From contig JBBDIG010000045.1 in NCBI GenBank assembly GCA_040880525.1, forward strand, positions 9,266 to 73,265: 64,000 nucleotides of DNA, read 5' to 3'. The stretch's first letter is position 1. Every line of letters starts with the position of its first letter. Made by a program: the position numbers and the translations under genes. The stretch comes from Bacteroidia bacterium (GTDB lineage Bacteria; Bacteroidota; Bacteroidia; CAILMK01; JBBDIG01). Shown here in pieces: positions 1 to 8,644 of this stretch. The notes under the pieces were generated by a model, which worked only from the letters and a program-made list of their open reading frames with translations, did not search any database and was not told the origin of the DNA.

Positions 1-559
1 ACAAATCGACCAGAGTAGACATAAATATTTGAAGTTTTTTACTTACCAATTGTTCTCTATTGACATTAAGATAAGCATTTCGTCTATCAAATATGGTTAA
101 TATTTTCTCATAAATATTATTTTCTTCCTTTATAGAAATATTAAATGAATTGAGATGTTTTTTTGCTAACCCTTCCCATTTTTTCCAGTCTACCAGTGTT
201 GTGTAAATGTTTTCACTGTATGGATGAAATGAAAAACCTATATTTAATAGCTCATCCTGCGTTATTAGCCCATCCATAAATTTTTGGGAAAGTTCATTGC
301 CAGTTGCAATTTCTTTCGTCCTCTCCAAAAATGTACCGTGGCTACCCAAGATATAGCCTGTTTGCTGATCTTCATCAAGCTTTATAAAGAGAGTTGCTAT
401 CAATCTTTGTTTGGCCTCTTGATAGAGATCAGGTAAGGATTTCCTTATATCCTCCTTCCATTCATAAAAAGAGAGTAACCTTAGCACCTCTGAATTGATA
501 GTATTAATTATATCAATTTCATCATTGGAAAGGCCCGATTCGTCAGAATAAAGTATCAT
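1..559 (-). CDS. hypothetical protein (start codon at 559-557; 3' end runs off the window edge)
   Basis: Reverse-strand ORF from ATG at 559 (MILYSDESGLSNDEIDIINTINSEVLRLLSFYEWKEDIRKSLPDLYQEAKQRL...) with no stop through position 1; no recognisable family. Confidence 0.45.
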   Translation of the reverse strand, partial: MILYSDESGLSNDEIDIINTINSEVLRLLSFYEWKEDIRKSLPDLYQEAKQRLIATLFIKLDEDQQTGYILGSHGTFLERTKEIATGNELSQKFMDGLITQDELLNIGFSFHPYSENIYTTLVDWKKWEGLAKKHLNSFNISIKEENNIYEKILTIFDRRNAYLNVNREQLVSKKLQIFMSTLVDL

Positions 560-940
560 TTGGTGGTTTTATATGTAGTAGGGTTATGATTCAAAATTTT
601 ATTTTGTTGGCTTAGACTGCACCAACCTGACGCGAGCATTTGCTCGTGCCTTCCACGCCTGATTGGTAAAACAGCTATTCAGCGAAAATGGCCAACTTCC
701 CTACCTTTCAGCGATGAGACAAAAATACAAAGTTCTGAATCAGGAAGGATTGCATTTGATCAGCTTAGCAGTAGTTCATTGGATAGATGTATTCATTAGA
801 GACGAGTACAGGAACCTGTTGTTGGTAAGCTGGCGCTACTGCATGAAAGAAAAGGGCTTGGAGGTGTGGGATGCAATTCTGTGAACTTAAAACTTGGTAC
901 CCTATGTTAGAGATATGAACTCCAAAAGAAATTTTCAGGT

Positions 941-1114
941 ATGATTAGGAAGAAGGTAAAAACCGTAAAGGGTTTGGTGAAACAATTGCGATCCATTAGG
1001 GACAAGATGAACGCTGAACTCGCAGACATGACCCCTGAACAGCGCACTGAATATTTTCGCAAAATGCGGGAAAGAAGTAGTGCCGCGACCAGCCCATTAG
1101 GTATTGCCAAGTGA
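941..1114 (+). CDS. small hypothetical protein (57 aa), uncertain
   Basis: ORF MIRKKVKTVKGLVKQLRSIRDKMNAELADMTPEQRTEYFRKMRERSSAATSPLGIAK, below the 60-aa track cut-off. It lies in an otherwise ORF-poor 770-bp region; natural-looking composition only. Confidence 0.2.
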   Translation: MIRKKVKTVKGLVKQLRSIRDKMNAELADMTPEQRTEYFRKMRERSSAATSPLGIAK

Positions 1115-1328
1115 TGGTTACTCTCTTCACATTTGACCGTAGCTTACGCTGTTGAGGCTATAACCTTGGGCAAACTGCCGCGAAAGGTAGTCGTCACCCG
1201 GCACAGGGGGCGACTGGGTAGAGACTGCACCTCAGCAAGGAAAAACTCTACTCTTTGTTAAGAAATCGCAATTAGAAAAGGTGATATTTTTTATGCCTTA
1301 TTAAGACCATTCAATGTTCTATTAACCA

Positions 1329-2555
1329 TCAATTTAATTTCTTAAAAGTCTGCCACCATCGTTCCGGCATTTCATCATTGCAGGCGTGCTGGTAATCCGT
1401 GTAGGTACATGGAATAACATGCTTGTTCGGCAATTCCCTATTATTATGGTTGTCCAGGGGAATCTCCATCCACCAGCGCCCGGTGCGGTTGCTTTTGTAA
1501 AAAATGATTTCGCAGGCTTCCTTATGGATGGTGGTGATAAAGCGGGTGAAACCGGGATCCCCGCTGATGGGCTCTTCCCTGATGTGATTTAGCGTGCCGT
1601 CTGCGAAATACCAAATCATCTGTGCAAGCAGGTGGGCAGTTTGCTGCCGGTTTTTGTGCAATAGATCCACACCTCCGAAACTGATGCAGCGCAGCGAATC
1701 GCTGAGGCCCGCATAGCGTGCAAGAGCACAAGCCTCCTCTCCGGTAAACCCATTGGGGCTGGGAAATATACCGGCCGGGCTATCTGACTGCCGTACAGCG
1801 GACACGTTGAAGCTCATAAAATCAGCAGCACGGATCACCGGCTCAATTTCTTTGAGGTCAGCGCGTACATTTCCCAGGCGGTAATGGTCAAAATAAAGTT
1901 TCTCCAGCGCTTCAAGAGCAGGAGCATCTACAAAGTAACCCTGATAGCCCAGAATGCTGAAATTAAAAATATAGGGGTTAGCGCTAAAAGTCATGCGCTG
2001 CAGGTAATTTTCATCGGTAATCGTTCCTGCTTCTTCCGGCTCAAAGGCAAACCGGTTATCAAAGCAAACAAGATTTGCAAACTCTTTCATGTATTGAAAG
2101 GCCAGGTACTGGCCATACACCAGATATTGCGGGCCGCCAATAAGGACGGGCATTATGTTTTTCAGCAGCAGTTCGCTGATTACGTATCCCAGGCTCTGGC
2201 AGTTTTTCTCGCGGTCATCATCCAGCAGCAGATCGCCTGCATCCAGCATGGTGGCTGCATAGCTTTTCCTTCTGAGGCGATAAAGCCATTTGCGCACCTG
2301 CATTGAGAAAGGATCTTCCTCCTCCGTCATCCTGATGCCAACGAGTGCGATGGTGCATCCTTCCAGTTCGGGAAACCCGTTGTCATGAACCTTTAGCTGC
2401 GTGCCCCATTCATCTGGCTGGAAAGGCCGGCCGTCTGCTATTTCCTCTTTTGAAACAGGGACAAAAAAAGTATCTAAATCCATTGTGTCTTTTTGGTGCG
2501 GCCAAATATAATGAGAAGCAGCCAAGACAGCGGCTACATCATCCGCTACTTGCAC
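1329..2555 (-). CDS. arginase/formiminoglutamase-fold-like protein (tentative), with ~140-aa C-terminal extension
   Basis: 408-aa ORF. Motif spacing resembles the ureohydrolase fold, but the canonical Mn ligands appear replaced: VLIGGPQYL in the GGDHS position, VCFDNRFAF in the DAHxD position, SFNVSAVRQSDSP in the SxDxDxxDP position. Family assignment is inference. Confidence 0.4.
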   Translation of the reverse strand: MQVADDVAAVLAASHYIWPHQKDTMDLDTFFVPVSKEEIADGRPFQPDEWGTQLKVHDNGFPELEGCTIALVGIRMTEEEDPFSMQVRKWLYRLRRKSYAATMLDAGDLLLDDDREKNCQSLGYVISELLLKNIMPVLIGGPQYLVYGQYLAFQYMKEFANLVCFDNRFAFEPEEAGTITDENYLQRMTFSANPYIFNFSILGYQGYFVDAPALEALEKLYFDHYRLGNVRADLKEIEPVIRAADFMSFNVSAVRQSDSPAGIFPSPNGFTGEEACALARYAGLSDSLRCISFGGVDLLHKNRQQTAHLLAQMIWYFADGTLNHIREEPISGDPGFTRFITTIHKEACEIIFYKSNRTGRWWMEIPLDNHNNRELPNKHVIPCTYTDYQHACNDEMPERWWQTFKKLN

Positions 2556-2589
2556 AGATATGGTTAGTTTTGAATTTTAATTCAATCAC

Positions 2590-3612
2590 ATGATTTTCGT
2601 TACCGGAGGCACCGGGTTTATCGGCTCCTATCTTCTCTACTATCTCACTTTCAGCACGGAAAAAATTGTAGCCATAAGGCGGGCTTCAAGTTCGATGGAG
2701 CAGGTGAAGAATGTATTTCGCTTTCTGGATGAGCTCGGAGAGGGCAATCAGCAGCAGAAGTTGGAGAATATTGAATGGCGGCAAGCGGATATCCTGGATG
2801 CTGCGGAACTCGAAGAGGCCATGCAGGGCGCTGAACAGGTATATCACGTAGCGGCTTTGGTATCCTTCAACCGCAGGCGGAAAGACGCGATCATTGAAAC
2901 CAATGTGAACGGAACGGCCAATGTAGTAGATGCTGCAATGGCCAATAACGTGAAAAAGCTTGGCTACGTAAGTTCCATTGGAGCGCTATACAAGCGGCCC
3001 GGCCAAATGCTGGACGAAGAAAGCCATATTGAGAATTTCATTTTTCCTTCCCGGTATTCTGAAAGCAAGTATTTTGGCGAAATGGAAGCGTGGCGTGGAG
3101 CGGCTGAAGGATTGCCCTGCGCCATCGTCAATCCGGGTGTGGTGCTCGCTCCGGGCGATTTCAGTCACGGACCGCCCAAGCTTTTCAGTTCTGTAGCCAA
3201 TGGCCTGAAATTCTATACCCCTGGCGCCACCGGATTTGTTGATGCAAGGGATGTTGCCCGTGCTTTGATTGGCCTTATGAATTCAGAGATAAAAAATGAA
3301 CGATATGTACTCGTCTCGGAAAATTGGAAGTTTTTGGACCTTTTTAATTCCATCGCTGAATGCTTAAATGTTCCGGCTCCGCGAATAAAAGCCAACCGCC
3401 TGATGAGCGAATTGGTATGGCGTGCGGAAAGCATTCGCAGCCTCCTCACAGGCAGCGAGCCCTTTATTACCAGGGAACTGGCGCAGGCTGCACAATTATC
3501 CTACTTCTTTAAGAATGAAAAAATAAAGAATGCGCTGAATTTTGATTTTATTCCATTAAAGAAAACAATTGAGGATACCTGCCGGATATATTTAAATGAA
3601 CAGGAACTGTGA
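2590..3612 (+). CDS. NAD-dependent epimerase/dehydratase (SDR family)
   Basis: N-terminal Rossmann motif MIFVTGGTGFIGSYL; 340 aa typical of the family. Confidence 0.9.
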   Translation: MIFVTGGTGFIGSYLLYYLTFSTEKIVAIRRASSSMEQVKNVFRFLDELGEGNQQQKLENIEWRQADILDAAELEEAMQGAEQVYHVAALVSFNRRRKDAIIETNVNGTANVVDAAMANNVKKLGYVSSIGALYKRPGQMLDEESHIENFIFPSRYSESKYFGEMEAWRGAAEGLPCAIVNPGVVLAPGDFSHGPPKLFSSVANGLKFYTPGATGFVDARDVARALIGLMNSEIKNERYVLVSENWKFLDLFNSIAECLNVPAPRIKANRLMSELVWRAESIRSLLTGSEPFITRELAQAAQLSYFFKNEKIKNALNFDFIPLKKTIEDTCRIYLNEQEL

Positions 3613-3759
3613 ACCCGATTGAAGGAAATATTATTAGAGTCATTCCGCCACGGGCGTCAAAACATAAAGGCATAGCCGGCTCTTAAAAATTACATGATAG
3701 CTCCCCATTAAAAAATGACAGAACGTTTTAATATTTTTATATTATTAAATTTTAAATAA

Positions 3760-4908
3760 ATGAAAATAGGAATAAATGCACGGCTCCTGGTGGATGGAAA
3801 AATGGATGGAATTGGATGGTTTGCCTACGAAACCCTGAGACGCATCGTGGAATTGCACCCTGAGCATCAGTTCATTTATTTTTTTGACCGCCTTTTCCAT
3901 GATAAATTCATTACCTCAAATAATATTACACCAGTGGTTTTGCAGCCGCAGGCTCGCCATCCGCTGCTTTGGTACTTGTTCTTTGAATTTTCCATTCCGC
4001 GGGCATTGAATAAATACAGGCCGGATCTCTTTTTTTCGCCTGACGGATTTCTTTCATTAAATACCCGCGTCCCTTCCGTTTCTGTATTGCACGATCTGGC
4101 GTATGAACATTTCCCGGAGCAGGTGCCGTACCTGGGGAGGAAATTTTATCGCTACTACATGCCGCGCTATGCCAGAAAGGCGGTGAGGCTCGGAACGGTA
4201 TCAGAATATTCAAAGCAGGAAATTGCCCGCCACTATCATATTGACCCGGCAAAAATTGATGTGGTGTACAACGGGGCCAACAAGGCATACGGACCGGTAG
4301 CTGCGGAAGTGCAGGAAATGACGCGCAAAAAATATACACGGGGCGCTCCGTATTTTATTTTTATTGGCGGAATGTATCCACGTAAAAATCTGAAGCGTTT
4401 GCTCCTGGGATTTAATGAATTTAAACAGCACGATGAACAAGGAATAAAGCTTTTGGTAATTGGCCGTGCAGCTTACAAAAGTGATGAGATAATGGTAACG
4501 CATGAGGCGATCCATCACAAAGAGGACGTATATTTTCTGGGCCGGATAAACGGGGAAGAAGAGGTTCGGAATCTCCTGGCTTCGGCTATGGCAATGACCT
4601 ACGTATCGCTTTTTGAAGGATTTGGAATACCGGTGCTGGAAGCGATGAGAAGCGGAGTTCCCGTCATTACTTCACGCTCAAGCTCGCTGCCCGAAGTGGC
4701 CGGAGAAGCCGCAGTTTATTGCGATCCTTTTTCTATAAACGATATTGCAGCAGCCATGCAAAAAGTAGCAGAAGATCCTGAACTGCGGCAGAAAATGTCG
4801 AAGATGGGTTTTGAGCAGGAGCAGAAATTCTCCTGGGACCGGTCGGCCCGGCTGTTATGGCAGTGCATCGAAAAATCCTTTAGCGGCTTACCAAACCTTC
4901 AGACATGA
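3760..4908 (+). CDS. glycosyltransferase family 4 (GT1-type)
   Basis: 382 aa. MKIGINARLL start and C-terminal EGFGIPVLEAMRSGVPVITS motif typical of GT4 retaining glycosyltransferases. Confidence 0.9.
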   Translation: MKIGINARLLVDGKMDGIGWFAYETLRRIVELHPEHQFIYFFDRLFHDKFITSNNITPVVLQPQARHPLLWYLFFEFSIPRALNKYRPDLFFSPDGFLSLNTRVPSVSVLHDLAYEHFPEQVPYLGRKFYRYYMPRYARKAVRLGTVSEYSKQEIARHYHIDPAKIDVVYNGANKAYGPVAAEVQEMTRKKYTRGAPYFIFIGGMYPRKNLKRLLLGFNEFKQHDEQGIKLLVIGRAAYKSDEIMVTHEAIHHKEDVYFLGRINGEEEVRNLLASAMAMTYVSLFEGFGIPVLEAMRSGVPVITSRSSSLPEVAGEAAVYCDPFSINDIAAAMQKVAEDPELRQKMSKMGFEQEQKFSWDRSARLLWQCIEKSFSGLPNLQT

Positions 4909-4987
4909 TAAATATTCCGCTACCAAGCTGTGCCGCCTGCCAACGGCTGATTTATTTTTGGAACTTCGATTCAGTTAACCGACATAC

Positions 4988-6220
4988 TTGAAAAAAATAT
5001 TTCCTTACATCGGGCCGGCTGGCGCAACGTTATTTCTCCTGGGGCTTTCCCTTTCGCGGGTGCTGATTACTGCCGGCCTCGTACTCATGCTGCTCCACCC
5101 GCTACTGAATGATGACTTCGCCACCTTCCGCAGGCAACTTTTCAGGAATAAAGCTGCTTTGCTCCTGCTCCTGCTTTTCTGTATCATACTGTTTAATGGC
5201 ATTTTTACGGATAATCAATCCGGCTTTGTTGATTCTGTCATTATCAGGCTGCCACTGCTGTTTATGCCTTTTGCCCTTGCCTCGCCCACTTATTATAAAC
5301 GGAAGAACCTGCTGTTTTTTGTGCTGGTTTTTATTGCGGGCATTGGCACGGCAGGGGTGTTCACGCTGAGCTATTTCCTGCTGCATTATGAGGAAGTAAT
5401 GCGGGATATTCAGGCGCATCAGCCGGTGATCATTATAGGCGGTTTAAATCATATCTATTATAGTGTGATGCTCGCCTTTGCTTTATTAGCCTCATTTGTC
5501 CTGCTTTGGCAAAAATGGATTGCTCAGGTATGGCTGAGAAGGGCGCTTTACTTATTTATTGTGCTGGGCCTGATCTTTTTGCATTCGCTCTCCGCACGCA
5601 CCGGGATGCTTGCATTTTATGGTTCCCTCCTGCTCATCGTGCTATACATCGCCTTTATGAAAAAGAGGTATCTTACCGGCATTGCCTCAGTCGCAGCGCT
5701 TGGCGGAATGCTGTTACTTGCGTTCTGGTTCGTTAAACCGTTTCAAGCCAGAGTTCAACAATCTATGCAGGATATTAGTGTATTTGTAAAAGGAGAAGAC
5801 ATCAACCAGTACTCAATCTCCATGAGGCTGGCGGCATGGGAAGTATCCGGCAGGTTGTTCCTGGAGCATCCGGTATTTGGCACCGGCATAGCCGATCTCA
5901 GAACTGAGATGGAAGATGGTTTTGATACCTATTATCCCGCGCTCGCCCCGAATAGCCGCCATTTGCCACACAACCAATTCCTCATCTTCCTGGCGGGTGC
6001 CGGACTTACAGGTTTTCTGGTTTTTGTTGGCGTCTATTTCTTTCCGCTCTTCCTCAGGCACACCAGCCATAATTTTCTTTTTCTCACCTTGTGGCTAGTC
6101 CTATTTTTTGCGCTGATGGCCGAGGCAATGCTGGAACGGCAGGTGGGCGTGTCATTCTTTGCTTTCTTCTGGATCCTGCTTTCAGGCTCTCCATTAAAAA
6201 ATGAAGCAGTTAAAATTTGA
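4988..6220 (+). CDS. O-antigen ligase/polymerase family membrane protein (Wzy_C-like)
   Basis: 410 aa, ~10 predicted TM segments, TTG start. Periplasmic loop with RSARTGMLAF-type motif as in WaaL/O-antigen ligases. Confidence 0.75.
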   Translation: MKKIFPYIGPAGATLFLLGLSLSRVLITAGLVLMLLHPLLNDDFATFRRQLFRNKAALLLLLLFCIILFNGIFTDNQSGFVDSVIIRLPLLFMPFALASPTYYKRKNLLFFVLVFIAGIGTAGVFTLSYFLLHYEEVMRDIQAHQPVIIIGGLNHIYYSVMLAFALLASFVLLWQKWIAQVWLRRALYLFIVLGLIFLHSLSARTGMLAFYGSLLLIVLYIAFMKKRYLTGIASVAALGGMLLLAFWFVKPFQARVQQSMQDISVFVKGEDINQYSISMRLAAWEVSGRLFLEHPVFGTGIADLRTEMEDGFDTYYPALAPNSRHLPHNQFLIFLAGAGLTGFLVFVGVYFFPLFLRHTSHNFLFLTLWLVLFFALMAEAMLERQVGVSFFAFFWILLSGSPLKNEAVKI

Positions 6221-6260
6221 ATGATTTTGATCAAATGAAACGAGAGGCCACAAATCCACA

Positions 6261-6995
6261 ATGCCTGCAATCTTTGCCTCAGCTCAAGACTTTTCTCCCC
6301 TGACTTGTCCTCCGCGCATATCGGTTATTATTCCTGCTTTCAATGAGTGTAATTCTATTGGAAAGGTGATCGGGGATATCCCACAGTCCCTGGTAAAGGA
6401 AGTAGTGGTGGTGAACAACGCTTCTACGGATGATACCGTGGCGAAAGCCGAAGCAGCAGGTGCCACGGTTTTACATGAACAAAGGCGCGGATACGGTTTT
6501 GCATGCCTCAAGGGCATCGCATATCTGAAGCAACAACCTCTGCCGCCAGAGATCGTGGTATTCCTGGATGCCGACTATTCTGACCATCCTGAAGAAATGC
6601 CTTTGCTCGTACAGAAAATTCTGGAGGATGATTGCGATCTCGTGATTGGCTCACGCGCACTAGGAAGCCGCGAATCTGGCGCCATGCTCCCGCAACAAGT
6701 GTTTGGCAACTGGCTGGCTACCCGGCTCATTCGCATTTTGCACAACCACCGCTACACTGATCTTGGTCCTTTCCGCGCTATAAAATGGAACAGCCTGATG
6801 AATATCAACATGCAGGACACCACCTTCGGGTGGACAGTGGAGATGCAGGTGAAAGCCGCTAAGCTGAAAATGAAGACCTGCGAAGTACCCGTGAGCTACC
6901 GGAAGCGGATCGGGGTTTCGAAAATCACAGGAACGGTTAAGGGTACGGTGCTGGCCGGGTACAAGATCATTTACACCATTTTGCGGCACCTGTAA
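6261..6995 (+). CDS. glycosyltransferase family 2 (polyprenol-phosphate sugar transferase-like)
   Basis: ISVIIPAFNE...VVVNNASTDDT...FLDADYSDHPEE motifs (DXD) of GT2 enzymes of the DPM1/ArnC type. Confidence 0.85.
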   Translation: MPAIFASAQDFSPLTCPPRISVIIPAFNECNSIGKVIGDIPQSLVKEVVVVNNASTDDTVAKAEAAGATVLHEQRRGYGFACLKGIAYLKQQPLPPEIVVFLDADYSDHPEEMPLLVQKILEDDCDLVIGSRALGSRESGAMLPQQVFGNWLATRLIRILHNHRYTDLGPFRAIKWNSLMNINMQDTTFGWTVEMQVKAAKLKMKTCEVPVSYRKRIGVSKITGTVKGTVLAGYKIIYTILRHL

Positions 6996-7046
6996 AAAAA
7001 CAGGTAACACAACCAGGATCATTTGGCTCCGCCTGAAAGAGTAAGG

Positions 7047-7478
7047 CTACATCAGCACATCCCAGGTATCCTCACTGCCCGTCCAGTCGCGGAATTTCTC
7101 CTTGCCACCACGGATTTCCCAATCGGAATCAATTGTGAGGCGGGAGCTGATGCCTCCGCGCGGATTGCAGATCATGACCAGCCGCAGGCGTTCGGGTTCA
7201 TAAACCTCCATCATTTGTTCATAAAAAATATTGATGAGTCGTTCGTACGATACGATGACATCCCGGAGCTGATACATGTATTGCTTCATGGACCGGAGTT
7301 CGATGATCTTTTTCTTAGGATAGAAAGTGATGTAGAGAGTCGCGAAATCCGGTTGCTCCTGCACTCCCAGAAATGTGAGTTCCGGAACCTTGATCTTTAT
7401 TTCGTAAGCGCCATTGGAGGGATTGGGAATCGCCTTCAGGATCTTTGGATCAATACGGTCAAATAGCTTTTTTTCCAT
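7047..7478 (-). CDS. QueF-family (NADPH-dependent 7-cyano-7-deazaguanine reductase, T-fold) homolog lacking the catalytic cysteine
   Basis: 143 aa. Aligns clearly with B. subtilis QueF: [23 protein letters not shown] vs [38 protein letters not shown] vs [22 protein letters not shown] vs TPRGGISI. The thioimide-forming Cys is Gly here, and the E-x-K motif is E-L-R. Confidence 0.8.
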   Translation of the reverse strand: [143 protein letters not shown]

Positions 7479-7544
7479 GCTTTTATTAAATGGGTATATA
7501 ATTTTTTTGAAGGGGCGAATTTAGGAGAGAAATACCGGCTTACG

Positions 7545-7578
7545 AAAAAAGCCTTCCAGCGGGCGCTGAAAGGCTTTT
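7545..7578 (-). terminator. rho-independent terminator downstream of the small lipoprotein gene (minus strand)
   Basis: On the minus strand: aaaagcctttcagcgcccgctggaaggctttttt, a GC-rich stem followed by a T6 run. A second hairpin (aatcgcccgttgcaggcgatt) lies immediately adjacent at ~7584-7604. Confidence 0.55.
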
Positions 7579-7725
7579 AATCGAATCGCCCGTTGCAGGC
7601 GATTTAAAACCATGAAAAAACTAACGTTGACTCCAGGTGAGCCTCTCTCACTTTCCCACCTGAGGTTGCCTTCCTTCTTGCGAAAGAATTGCCAAACTGT
7701 TTCAGTCCATTCATTTTTTTTATAT

Positions 7726-7932
7726 TTAATACTGAATCTCTTTTCCAGGCAAAGTAGCGTCTGCCTGAGCATCAGTATTTTCAATTGTGCTATAGGCCGG
7801 ATCTGCCGGTAAAGGATTATAAAACTGTTCAGATGCTGAACAAGAGCTAAACAGAATCAGCATCCAACATATCCCGTACAGGATGACCAAGGCTTTAAAG
7901 AAATTCCCGTGTTTCTTGGCTAAATTTTTCAT
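7726..7932 (-). CDS. small putative lipoprotein (68 aa)
   Basis: Signal peptide with lipobox-like LILFSSCSAS, followed by a short soluble tail. A terminator hairpin lies downstream. Confidence 0.5.
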   Translation of the reverse strand: MKNLAKKHGNFFKALVILYGICWMLILFSSCSASEQFYNPLPADPAYSTIENTDAQADATLPGKEIQY

Positions 7933-8200
7933 GGCGAATATATTTTTGTGTTGCGAAACATTTATACTAATAAGACAAACTACATAAGTAAATGTTCATT
8001 TTTATTCAGTATAAATACCTATATTAAAAGATATTCAATTGAAGTAAACCATTATCCTATATCAAGAAGGAGTTCGTCCCCGCCACAAATATACGTATTA
8101 ATTACTACCAAATATTAATGATCTACAACCAGGGTCATATTTAATTTTATGCTGGTCCAGGGGTTTCTGCCCCATTCTGTTCTTTCTGTAATTCTACCGC

Positions 8201-8566
8201 TTACTTTTCATCACGTTTCTGCTTTAGCAACTCCGTCTTTTCTCCAAACTCGCGGGCAAACTTTCGTATCTCCACGCTCATCTCCGAGTTATTAGTGGCT
8301 CGCTCATACGATTCAGCCATCGTCATCATCGTCTCAAAAAAGAAAATATTCATTTCATCAACCCGCATCTCCTTGTTCCAAAGATCAAGGCGCAATGCAT
8401 GGTTCTCCTTGTCGTCCCAAATTGAGAGCATAAAAGCCTTGCATTCCTTTGTGCTCAGTTGTCCACCTTCAGTAGAACTCCACTGAATTTTTTCAGGAAC
8501 ATTATCCTCATCCAGTTGCACATTAAATCTAAGTTCGGTAGTGTTCCCTTTCTTTTCTTCCGGCAT
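8201..8566 (-). CDS. gldC: gliding motility-associated protein GldC
   Basis: 121 aa. TELRFNVQLDEDNVPEKIQWSSTEGG...KAFMLSIWDDKENHALRLDLWNKEMRVDEMNIFF closely matches the Flavobacterium johnsoniae GldC pattern (IKF.V.LDENRVPE.I.WSA..GG....KA.MLSVWD......LRIDLWTKDM.VDEM). Confidence 0.8.
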   Translation of the reverse strand: MPEEKKGNTTELRFNVQLDEDNVPEKIQWSSTEGGQLSTKECKAFMLSIWDDKENHALRLDLWNKEMRVDEMNIFFFETMMTMAESYERATNNSEMSVEIRKFAREFGEKTELLKQKRDEK

Positions 8567-8644
8567 TTTTTTAATTCTGTTTGTATCGTGAGTAAAAAGC
8601 TAATCAATTTTAAGCCGACAAAATTAAGCAACGCTATGTAGCTC

